The position numbers and the translations under genes were made by a program. The notes under the pieces are model-generated. The model was not told the origin of the DNA, searched no databases, and saw nothing but the letters and a program-made list of their open reading frames with translations. DNA of 64,000 nt from assembly GCA_027604505.1 (NCBI GenBank), contig JADIIX010000007.1:124001-188000 (forward strand). Direction: 5' to 3'. The DNA comes from Gonapodya sp. JEL0774. Lineage: Eukaryota. Shown one piece after another: positions 27,633 through 38,849 of the stretch. The first letter of the stretch is position 1. Each line of letters opens with the position of its first letter.

Positions 27633-28714
27633 ATGCTGGCTACAAGTACGGCAAACAAGCACCGTCTAACTCTCAAAGGAAGCACGGACATAGTCACTGA
27701 GTTCTTTGGTGAGCGACGATGGGGTCTTCAATCCGCTTTAACTCAGATCCATGATGCCGCTCACCAATGACTTCGTCTGGTCAACCTTTTGAACTACAGA
27801 ATACGGCCTGAACAGGTAAGATAGCGGGAGCTGAACTCTCTCGATTGGAAACATTTTTAATCTATTGATGTCTTCGGGAGTGTAGCATCTTATATCAGCG
27901 GGGCTTATATGGTGCGGCGAGTCGTTACTTGATGATCCCTTCCAATTGCCGATTCGCTCATGAGGCCTCCGGATTCTATCTTTCTCTACATCTAAGCACC
28001 GGAAGATTTCAAAACCGTGAAAAAATATGGTCTCCACCTTCTTGTGTCGGCGGATGATAAGGTGCAAAGGTACCTCAAAACGCTGCTTGGGCAGGTTGAG
28101 AGTGAGTTACGAACCAGATTCTTCTATAAAATCATGAGCAACAGTGCGAGTGTCAACGGATTTCAGGATGGCTGATGGCGTCGGCAATCAGTAAACTGGT
28201 ATTGGTGATCATTGCAAAAGACACGCGAGAGACTGTGGAGCGATGGCAATTCGATATCCAGCTTGAAAAGGACCCACAGAACGAGAAGTGAGTGGAAAAG
28301 CATCAGGAGTGTCTCCGGGTGAGGACTTTCGTACTCTTGGAAACGGTAACGTTCCGTCAACGGAATTGACAGTGCTCCAGCCACTAATCGCGGTTTAAAA
28401 TCGGAGAAGGCCATACACGACGAGATTCAGGCTGTTTTACGACAAATAACTGCCTCCGTGTCGTTCCTGCCCATCCTGGACGAGCCATGTGAGCATCCTG
28501 CTGGGTAATCAAGGCAAAGCATCACCAACCTCACAACCTTTCAGGCACATTCAACGTACTCGCTTACACCGATAAGGACGCTGAGATCCCTCCAGACTGG
28601 AAAGACTCCAATTCAGCTCTGCTGCCTGAGAACGCACAGCACGTACGGTTGAGGGGTTTCGGCACCGGCGTTCACCGTGTAGAGAGTATGGTGGCATATC
28701 GAAGTTACGATTAA
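27633..28714 (+). CDS. MAD2: Spindle assembly checkpoint HORMA protein Mad2
   Basis: Spliced: LTLKGSTDIVTEFF|EYGLN|SILYQRGLY|..EDFKTVKKYGL..|WL..ISKLVLVIIAKDTRETVERWQFDI..IQAVLRQITASVSFLP|TFNVLAYTD..VRLRGFGTGVHRVESMVAY. Confidence 0.93.
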
Positions 28715-28844
28715 GTGAAGTGGGTAGGAGAGTCCAAGATACATTTGGACACCGTTGTTATTCCAGTTTCAAATCTTTATTGAACATTGTACTGAGTGTG
28801 AAATTGCCGGTAATCAGATTCCAAAAGGTATCTACGGGTCAACC

Positions 28845-29750
28845 TCAGCGACCATACTGGTAGAGCGGTGGGGTAGCGGAAGAATAGCGTTGAATTATGA
28901 CCGTAGAGTCCCCGTAATTAACACACGAACCTTCTGGAACTCCCATTCCCGGTTATCCAACGGGCATACCTGCCTCGTCTTCAGCCACCTAGAAATGCAG
29001 TGGAAGTGGAATGCGTGCTGTTTGGTTGTGATGAACGTCAGTATGGAGCATCTCAGATAAGGGAACTGCCTGAACCTCACATTGCAAATCCCCCATGCCA
29101 CCGTGCATTCCTCGCTCGTTGCAGACGCCTGGTTTGCCTGACATTCAATGCCTTTGGAGCGCCGTTGAGGCAGTTCGAGCAACGAGAACGACGTGGAGAG
29201 TGTCAGCGCACACAGAAGGGCTGTGAAACGCGTGAGAGCATGGCTTACACAAGTCCATGATATGGTTTCGGCAAATGGCACAATTATCTACGACAATGTC
29301 CCAGGCCCAGAGTGCAACTGCGTTCCACTGGAACACGACATGATGATATCCCACGATGTGCACCAATGAAGTCGAGTCAAAGGGAGGAGGAAAAATCGTT
29401 GGAGATCAGAAAATCAACCTCAGAGACTCAGAAGCAGTGACACAGCGGGTGAAAACTCTGGGCGGTCGGCAAATTGAGCAGAGAGGCCAGTATCCATGAT
29501 CCACCGTGTAATCCACAGACCTTGTTCATCATTATCGCGTTTGAGTAGTAAACTCGCTCACATGTCAAATAGTGGAAATGCGTACTCCTCGTAATGTTGC
29601 TATCCCCAGCACTTATTGTCGGTGACAGAATGGACTCACCTTCTTGACCTCAAACCTCTTTTTCCCCGCTGCAAGGCCCTCCTTGGACTTCACTTTACCC
29701 TTTGAAGTCTGCGGTTCTGCTTGCGGCTCGTCAACTTCCATGTCCGCCAT
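28845..29750 (-). CDS. RBX1: RING-box protein Rbx1/Roc1 (cullin-RING ligase subunit); 5 exons
   Basis: Spliced: [90 protein letters not shown]. Confidence 0.97.
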
Positions 29751-29924
29751 AGTTGATGGTGATTGAGTGGGTCAGGTGAATACCAAATACTATGCAGCAT
29801 GAAGCGTGGTGCGCGGCATGGGTTATTCACACTTCCATCATATGTATTCCATTTGAATCAGTTACAGGTGAGTATAATATTAGATACCATAAGTGATACA
29901 ATAAGTCGCTTAATACTTAATGTG

Positions 29925-31241
29925 TCACTCATTCCACCTCCATGCAATTGCCCATCGCACTGTCCGACCTTGTTGCATCCGTCCTTTCCTTACCTCCACC
30001 CCGCGTTGCCTCACCAGTGCCTCTACAACATCCAAGTCCTCCTTCTTGCCCACAAGGCTTGTCCACCATTCGACCTTATCTTTGAGTTCTTGACTCTCCA
30101 AAAACATTCGCCTGATAAATTCTACCTCTCCGCCGGAAAAAATGGTTTCACCGTATGATCCACAGTGTGTGGAACTGGCTGGGGTGACCTTGTGTTGCCG
30201 ATCGGAGGGATCTCGGAAGAAAGGCGGGTTACAGATTGTGAAATGGTACCGAGTGCCGGTAGTGGAAATGAACGTAGGTGAAACGCTTGTGGGAACCGAC
30301 TCGTCAGGCAGTTTTTGCGTTGGCTTGATGGGGTTTGGAGAGGGCAGTACTTCGTTGGGACCCCTTCCAGTCCGCTCTTCAGGTGCTCCAGTTCCGTTCG
30401 TGCGGGACTGACCCTCCACTTCGGAAGGAGCACCACCAACGTCCAATTCGACCTCAGCCCTCTCTGCATTTTCTCTAGTTATCGCATTCACACAAGATAG
30501 TCCGAGTGGAATTTGGTGTATTGTTGGTTCCAGGAAGTAGCCAGGGTCAAAAAGCTCCAGAGGGAAAAGTGTACGTTCTTGTTTGTTCAATACAACTCTG
30601 ATTTTTTCCGACAAAGCGTTCATCTCAACATTTCCTCGAGCGTATTCTGCGCTCCGCTCATCATTGTCGAGTGCTAGGAAGCGCAAGCGCGGCTCAAGCC
30701 GCACACCCAATAGAGGGTAAATGCACGAGCAACCTGTTCCAATGTCGATAGCCAAAATTGGCTCCGTTGCAGAAGCGGACGGGGCCGCGTTTGAAAAGCT
30801 GGACTTTGGACTCTTCAAAATCGAGTGACTCTCAGAGAGAGGGGGGAAGGCATGAAAGCGAATCTTTTTCGAGTGGTTTACATATTGCTCATGTTCCTCC
30901 GCTTCTCGCGGTCGCTTCTTTAGGTCGGGAGAGTGTTCGTTTTCCGCATCAGTTGGGGTGTTGCTGCACTCCTTCACGAGGTCCAAACACCAAAGGAGGT
31001 AGTCGATTCTATTTGGAATTGGCGGAATTAGGGAGTCGAGCGGGATTTCAAGCCGAATGTTGAATCTGGTGGCCAACAATGCGTAGCAGAGCTCTCGAGC
31101 CGCTCGAGCATCGTGAAAATTGATTGTCGCATAACCAGGATTCGAGCGAGAGAAAGAGAGATGGCGAGCCAAGGGAGGGTGCAACCGCGCAATTTGTGCA
31201 AAGTCTGGCGGGTTCTCGAGAAACGGATTGTGGGGATGCAT
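29925..31241 (-). CDS. METTL16: METTL16/RlmF-family RNA m6A methyltransferase (U6 snRNA type), intronless
   Basis: Motifs MHPHNPF..PDF, LIPPIPNRIDY, SAM-binding DIGTGCSCIYPLLG, catalytic CNPPFF, GGEVEFI, WWTSLVGKK and QGRTVRWAIAW. Confidence 0.92.
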   Translation of the reverse strand: MHPHNPFLENPPDFAQIARLHPPLARHLSFSRSNPGYATINFHDARAARELCYALLATRFNIRLEIPLDSLIPPIPNRIDYLLWCLDLVKECSNTPTDAENEHSPDLKKRPREAEEHEQYVNHSKKIRFHAFPPLSESHSILKSPKSSFSNAAPSASATEPILAIDIGTGCSCIYPLLGVRLEPRLRFLALDNDERSAEYARGNVEMNALSEKIRVVLNKQERTLFPLELFDPGYFLEPTIHQIPLGLSCVNAITRENAERAEVELDVGGAPSEVEGQSRTNGTGAPEERTGRGPNEVLPSPNPIKPTQKLPDESVPTSVSPTFISTTGTRYHFTICNPPFFRDPSDRQHKVTPASSTHCGSYGETIFSGGEVEFIRRMFLESQELKDKVEWWTSLVGKKEDLDVVEALVRQRGVEVRKGRMQQGRTVRWAIAWRWNE

Positions 31242-31435
31242 TCGACAGTGGGAGATGATTGTGTATAGTTGAATTTGTTGATTGATGGGCAAAGTCTTCA
31301 GGGGTGTCATGGAATACCGGGCTGGCGTGCGAGGTAACCAAACGTGCCGTCGATATCTTCACGCTTTTGCTTATTACAGAACAGTCACTCAAGTCCCAAT
31401 TACCCGTCTTCCAGAGAATCATCGCATCTTCCGCC

Positions 31436-34066
31436 ATGAGCGCTCAGCGTGTCCACGATGCGCTCAACCTTTACATATCCTCTGACACTCTTACATTCGA
31501 GCCACAGAGCGTTGGCAACCAAACACTGGTTATGTACAGAGATACGGGTGATATAAAGCTCAATGGTGTGTCTCGCTGCAGCTTTAAAACAATCCTACCA
31601 ATGTATAGTCATTGTTCGGGTCATTCAACACTTCCAACCGAATCTGTCCAACTGGGAAAGGTCCCTTCACACCGCGCCACGACGAAATTGTCAGCGTGTA
31701 TGGAATTTTCGGTGTCATTGGGTTGAATGCGGGTCAGTACACTTTCCCCGAGTTTCACGCCTCAATACATCATGATGCGGTCTTTGTGTGTTCCAGGGGA
31801 CCACGTTATCGTTATTACGGACCGTGAAAGGATTGGCAACATAGATAGTAATGATGTTTTTCGAATGAAGGGATATCGCATCATTCCACTAGCGCGAAGC
31901 AACCGGTCTCTTCCCGAATCTGAGGTTTGTGATCCCCACAAGTAGTTCCCTGATCCATTTGTGATTTAAATCATGAGTTCTTCTCCCTCTTTCAGAAACG
32001 TGATGATGAAGAGTACCTCGCTATGCTCCAGAGTATCCTCGACCTCGACCACTTCTACTTCTCCTACTCCTTTGAACTTACCCACTCCCTTCAGCGCCAG
32101 GCGAACTTGCGTTCCGATACGAGGCCTCAATGGCAAAAGGTAATTTCTCACAGTGTAACCAGAGTGAACGGGACCAGGCGAAACCCCTCTTTAACTAAGG
32201 CGATTTGACCCTACGGAAAGGCTGACGACAGATTCTTCTACAATAAACACCTCGCGAGTAGATTGATAGATGCGAGCTCCTCGCAGCAGGATGTAAGTGG
32301 AGACATGTTCTAACGGGATGAGATATCATATCTGCTGCATCTGTCATTCCAGCTGAGTTGCTTCATACTCCCTGTTATCTGCGGCTGTGAGTCGACCGAC
32401 TGTCTCCGACGTCGCGAGCACGGCTGATTCAATTGATTATGCCGCTGAACTTGAATTGCAAGTCATTGAAATAATCCCGGGGAACATCAACGGCAGCCGT
32501 TTCAACTTCGTGCTTGTTGCCCGGAGAAGTCGTTATCGAAACGGTGAGCTTCCAAGCGTGCTTCGCAACGCCCAACGCCGATTGATTCTTGTGCCCTCCA
32601 TCGAATGCAGGTATCCGTTACCACTCTCGAGGTATTGACGATGACGGCCACGTGTCCAACTTTGTGGAGACCGAACAACTGGCTGAAATCGAAAGTGGGG
32701 TGTCAGATCGCACCCGGCCCACCCGCTGGTCGTACGTGCAGACGCGTGGTTCGGTACCGGTATATTGGAAGCAGGTCATCAATGTCAAGTATACACCACC
32801 AGTTGTTGTTGAAGAAAATTCCAAATTGGTGAATGCTGAAATCGGATGATAATACTTCGTATTTGAATTTATAGTTGTTGGGGTGCCGTTGTCGTCGGTT
32901 TTGCAGATCGACAGCTTCAAGAAGCACTTCGCGGAGTTGATCACCACCTATGGTGACCAGATCGCAGTGAATTTGTTAAACAAGAAGGGTAGCGAAGGGC
33001 GGCTTGGTACGGCTTACTCCCAAATTGTGAAGCAGATTGGGGATCCTCGCATTACGTGGGTTATGCGTAAAACGGGTGGGAAACACCCTCGATTCGTAAT
33101 TTTTGACATCTGTGCTCTGTAGCTACACTTGGTTTGATTTCCATCACGAATGCAAGAACATGAAGTGGCATAACATTTCGAAACTCATCGACTCAATCGG
33201 ACCCCAACTCGCCAAACAGGGCTACGCTGCCGTTGACCGTGACGGGCGTCTGGTCAGCACGCAGACATCGGTGGTGCGCACTAACTGCATCGACTGCCTC
33301 GACCGCACAAACGTCGTTCAAAGTGTCTTGGCGCGCAAGGCATTGACTCTCCAGCTCAGGGAGGCTGGCATTTTGCGAGAAAAAGAGTCAGTCGAGGGAG
33401 TAACTCTATTTGAACAGAGATTCAAAGCCAGTGAGTGTCGTGAAAAATGAAACTAAGGCGGTCGTGTTCCAACACTCCTACCCGTTTGATGGCATAGCTT
33501 GGGCTGATCATGCTGATGCGCTATCAATTCAATACTCTGGCACCCCTGCTTTAAAAACTGATTTTACCAGAACAGGCAAACGTACAACACAAGGTGCTCT
33601 TGCGGACTTGTCGCATTCCCTCACGCGGTACTTCCGCAACAACTTCCTGGATGGTGCCAAACAGGACGCGTATGATCTTGTTACGGGGGCCTATGAGATC
33701 CGACCAGGTGGGCCAAGCCCGCTCGTAGAGGGCGATCGGGGCTGGCGTTATAAGACAGTAAGCTCGGCTCGCGTCAATTTGTTCCCAAGTGGTGATTTCT
33801 GTGCTCACCCAATGCAACAGCTTCCCTACGTTCTTCTCTTCTCCTTGATCATGCTTTTTGGTGGACTCCTCCTGCCATCACCATCTTTTAGCTCTCAAAC
33901 TTTGTACATAACGTGTTTTCTCTCACTCATCGCACTCTGCTTGTACGACATACTCAGGCATGGTCGTGAATTCGTGGACCTCCCACGTCTCGTCAGACCG
34001 AGTCGGGCCGCAGTTGCAGCCAACGGGTTTGGTCGAGTCGCGAATGGCTTGGAGAAAAAGGATTAG
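31436..34066 (+). CDS. SAC1: Phosphatidylinositol-4-phosphate phosphatase Sac1, with C-terminal transmembrane helices
   Basis: Motifs [54 protein letters not shown], catalytic [15 protein letters not shown] and [18 protein letters not shown], followed by two hydrophobic helices. Confidence 0.93.
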
Positions 34067-34399
34067 ATGTGTGTTGTTGTTAGTTTCTGCGCAATCCCAT
34101 TCCATACATTCAATTAATTTTTTTGCGTGGACGACCACAGCAAGTTACAACACGTCCTTGACGACTTAAAGCCGTTGAAAAAAACTATTGTCCGCTACCC
34201 CTTCTGATGATCTGACCTTTGACTGGAGGTTCAGTTTGTTCAACCACGTCCCCGAGATAGAGCGAAATTTATTTAACAGAAATATCATGATAGACGCTCT
34301 ATCTTTAAAACCTCCCATGCCTCCAGCTCCTCTCTACGCCGAGTAATAAAATCTGACAAAAGCGAGGGATGTATCCCCGATGGTCCTCGTATTTCCGTT

Positions 34400-36436
34400 T
34401 TGCCGTCAGAGGGACATACAAGAAGCACTTTTGAACCAACTTCGAGCTGTCCATCGTCGCTTGGAATGCTCACGTGCCCTGTGTGCAAAAGGTTTCCTTT
34501 CGTGAATCCAGCTGTTCTGCCTTGTGGCAGCTCCTGTTGCCAATTGTGTCTGGATAAAATCGTTTCCGATTCCAAGTCCTTGCAAACACTTCCAGAAGAG
34601 CTCCACCTGTTAGTGCACCCGCACCCTCAAAAAACTTACTATAAATGCCCAGTCTTGGATTGCCCGTATGGCTTTCATCTGTACGCGAACGAACGGCACG
34701 ACTACCTTCTGACGAAGCTAGTATCCACGTACTTTAAGAAGTTAGATCGACTGCGGGAAGGATCCATACCAACTGTCGATGGAGTATTCCCATCTGGACA
34801 AGAAGTTTCTGCGTCTGTGGGCAATGGTGTTTGTTACTCTGAGCTTCCCAACATTCCTCTGGAGGAATTGGAGTGTCCAGTCTGCTACAATATACTTCAA
34901 GAACCCCTCACAACTCCTTGTGGCCACACGACTTGTCGAAACTGCCTCCTTCAAACCGTTGAACATATGTCATTGTCGGTGACAAGGGTATTCCGCCCCT
35001 CGCCTCACAACCCGCAACAATCAGAACCTTCGTCCGTCTCAGAAGCTGCCACTCCGTCTCGCGACATGTTTTCGTCTTCAAGCGTGTCCATGAGTGTACT
35101 GGCATCTCAGCCTCCTCCACAACCGTCCCTCTCTCCAACCGTGTCAGTCGAAGTTGCCTCCCAACTGTCTTCATCTCCATCTTCCCAACGATCAACGCCA
35201 GTTCTTCGTACATCTATCGCTACTCTATTTCCTTGCCCCACTTGTCGCCATGCTTTGCCCAGTTACACGCACCTGAAACAGCGGTCTCCCAACAAAATCC
35301 TTCTTCATCTCCTTCAGAGTCAACACAGCGTTGAATACAAGAAACGATCAATGGTGCTGCACCGAGAACTCACTGAGAAAAGTCGGTTTATAGGGATATT
35401 TGTGTGCAGCCTCGTGTTGCCCAACGCACCCTGTTTCCTTCACGTTTTCGAGGTGAAACCCTCAGCATTTTCTTGCACGAACGGACGGTCATCAATCTGA
35501 TTTCGCTACTGAATGTTTATGTCTTAGCCTCGATATCGTCTTCTTATGAAACGGGCAATGGAGTCAAACAGAATGTTTGGAATGTGTTATCCTGCAGATC
35601 AAAACGGGAACCCTGCCGAGTACGGAACAATGCTTGGTGGGTGTTTGAGTTCAGACCCATCAGTTTCATGTCTCACAATTCCATCAATGAAGAAATTCGT
35701 GCTCTTGATCCAATTCGCGCCTTTCGTAATGACACCTCCAGCTCTCTGCCTCGATTTCTTGTTACTAGCGTTGCAGTTCACCGATTCCGTATTGTAGAGC
35801 GTGGCGCGATGACAGACGGATATCATACAGCTCTCGTGGAGCGGGTGGAGGACATTGATGAGTCTGATGAAGTGGAAGTTAAAGGAGGGGGTTTAACCCC
35901 GACGCCCTCAGCCGACGAGTTTGCAGGGTGTCTTGCGGATGGGCCCAAAGACAATGAAGCTGCGGCTTTTGATGTCTCAGAGAATATGTCCGTGAGCGGG
36001 ATCGAGGTGATGGGGTTGGATGTCTTGTCAGACCCGAATCGCGGTGCCTCTTTGGACCCAATTCACACTGCATACAACACTACTCGTCGCCTCGTCCAGT
36101 TGCATATGGCCCAGCTACCTCCACTTGAGCGCCGGCAGATCTATGCAATGCATGGTCCTTTCCCTCCGGCCGAAGACATAGCGGCTTTCTCATTCTGGTT
36201 AACAGGCATTCTGCCCGTGTCCGAGTGGTCGAAATACAAAATCCTACAGGTGAACGTCGAACGTGTATTATCCTTTGCGAATATTAACTTATTTGAATTT
36301 GGCATATTGGTGGAGAAAGATTACATCCCCTCGAGAACGAATGAGAATTGTATATATCTGGGTGAAAACTGAAATTCTGAAGGGCTCTGGACCTCTGGGA
36401 CTAATGGGCCGGAATGGAAGATGCGCCATTATGTAG
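34400..36436 (+). CDS. Double RING + Lon-N (PUA-like) protein with a C-terminal CaaX box (LONRF/CrgA-like E3 ligase); start uncertain
   Basis: RING1 CPVC..PAVLPCGSSCCQLC; RING2 ECPVC..TTPCGHTTCRNC..CPTCR. Lon-N motifs IFVCSLVLPNAPCFLHVFE|PRYRLLMKR, FGMC, YGTML and FSFWLTGILP. The last exon ends GRCAIM* at 36436. Confidence 0.85.
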
Positions 36437-37323
36437 TTACATAAATCAAAATGCTTTTTTCCTTGTTCCACGTCATACATAACACAGTTTCTCACCTTAC
36501 AAATGGTTGTTCTCCATATGTTTCTCGACGATACCCTGCAGGAATTTCCTTCGAGAAGCTTAATCGATATCATTTTCCAAACTTTCGCAAATATCAGGCG
36601 GATGGAGGTGTCGAGCAAGGTTCGTTCCTTCAGCGTTTCAGAAGACATCTAATCTTCTTCCGACTACCAATATGAGCAGTCACTGCCTAAGGCAAGTTCT
36701 TAGTGTTATTACCTGCTCAGTCTTCTATCCGACAATGTCTGTGAAAGCACTGTTGGAGTGGGTGCCGGGACCAGTGGGATGCAGGTGCCCTGCTCAAGCA
36801 TCTCTCTTCGGAACTCTTACGGAGACTCGGTAGCCAGTGCACAGAGACACAAGTTTATCTTTGTGTTGTTCAAGATGATATGTTCCTGATTGGGAGAACT
36901 TTTGTGTTTGGTGCTGCAGCTTTCATGCAAGGGGCAGTGGGTGATAACTGTCACTCAAATCACTTCAAAATATTATGTGATTCACTCTGGTCTCAGGTCG
37001 TTTCAGCCTCAAGACTGGCAAGGCTGATCGTGAGAGACAATTCTCTGAATTTTCTATCTCCAATCTCCCACTCCGACACTCATTTTTCACTTGCACAGTT
37101 ATTGTTGAGGAAGATCGCAGTGCACGTAAGCAAATCTTCGTAGTCAGAAACACCCGAATGTTGAGAGTGTGCCCATCCCACTCTCGCGAATAGGAACTGG
37201 GTCATGTATTTGGATTGAACCACTGTGCCGCACCGTGTGTCATGACGTTCAGCAGTTCAATTTCTGAGGTGCACGGAAAGAGATCGAGCTTTTGTGTTGT
37301 ATGCTGCAGAAAATTGGAATTCA

Positions 37324-38759
37324 TTAGACACGGAAGTAATCTTGAGTAAAGCTATAAACATCAACTGGTTTTTTGAGCAAGATAAACTGCAAATAGTCTG
37401 ATATGATATCTTGAAGTTCCGGGTGCTCCTCCAGATAACGTTCGTTTTCTGAAACTAAAAGTGACTGTCGCGATCAGTCACCGAATGTCAGATTTGAGGC
37501 ATAACACTCCCCGAGTTTGACCTTGAACGGACCTTTTTCTCGTTATATTCGGAAATTCTCTCCATGTCACCGTTGAAATCTGTCGTGTCCAAGGAGGGTG
37601 CATGAGCTGTGTGGCGAAATACGTCAAATTGGGGAATTTACGCAATTCAAGACTTGCACGAACACTTTTGCTTCCGAAAACTCCACTCGGATGACTTCAA
37701 AATCTGGCAGACACCCATCGAGTCAAAAGTTGCCATTGTTTGCGTCATGCCAGACCCCCCGCGCTTTGCCACCACGATGGTACCCTTCAACATTTCGCCA
37801 TCTTGGGTCGATGAAAGTGACATTTGCTCCACACCTCCAAAAGTGCTGTAGCGGACGACATCCAAGTTACGTTGTGGCGGAAGAGATTGCAACAATCTCA
37901 AGAGGAGAATCTCAGTCCCTGACAAAGTGCGGCTTGTGATCTTTGAAGTAATATATGATACCAAGTGCTCGAGATAGACGACTGACCTGCAGTGAGCAGA
38001 GGGCGAACATTCTCTCGTCTGAAGCTGTAGCAACTAGGTTGATTAGAATTGATGGTCTCGGTGATGACAAGCCTTTCTCCGTCATCGGAGACAATCATTT
38101 CAACGAGTAGGGTTGTTTTGTCACCGTCAACTCGCTCTTCGTGGTCGGATTCGCACAGGAGATCCAGTGAATGATTGATATAGGAGGTCGCTCGCCGACG
38201 GTACACGACGACCTCAGTTTCATTGTCGATGACGCATTCACTCTGTTCATTTGCTTCAGCCGCTGCACGTTCGGGTTTCTCAGTGACCGAGACATCCAAG
38301 AACGTAAAATAGCATGGCTGTCCCTTCCATGTAGATTCTTCAACTTTGGTGAAATATCTGCCACTCCTCCTTACCCCTTCTTCTGTATCCAGCATTAACT
38401 CTTCGTCATAGAATATTCCAGGCACAGGAGGGCCTTACCCGGTTCAAACGTTAACTCTCATACAGCCTGGCCCATGTTGACTAGTACTCGCGCACCTCCC
38501 AACGCGGCTACGAGCGCACGCGATTCCTCGCTGACACAGATGTTGACGGTTTGAATAGGCGCAATCTCAATAGGGAGGGCGACAAGTCTTTCGAGAAAGG
38601 GTGCCGCGTTGAGCTCTTGCAAAACGCATATGAACATATTGATGTACAAGGTGTTCCGGTATGATAGAGGCGAGAGAGCTCACGAGGGAGATTCCATATA
38701 TTCAACTTCGGATCCAAATCTTCTCGTGTCGTGAAGGTTTCCTCGATGGTACCCGCCAT
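37324..38759 (-). CDS. CATIP: Ciliogenesis-associated TTC17-interacting protein (CATIP/C2orf62-like)
   Basis: C-terminal RIIa/Dpy30-like docking motif DMERISEYNEKK..ENERYLEEHPELQDIISDYLQFILLKKPVDVYSFTQDYF*, which matches my recollection of the CATIP C-terminus. The N-terminal region is beta-rich (IFYDEELML..FTKVEE..CYFTF..SYINHSLDLL). Confidence 0.7.
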
Positions 38760-38849
38760 GATGTGGAGTTGTGAATGGAAAGTCAGTTCTGTGACCAGCC
38801 GGCGAGTGCTTCAGCTGTTCTCCGCTACAATCAAATGACGGTACATTAA

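Noticed and set aside
36450..37320. Possible small gene between the CrgA-like and CATIP genes
   Set aside because: Only short ORFs are present and I found no consistent splice path or motif, so I treat it as convergent 3' UTRs or intergenic DNA.
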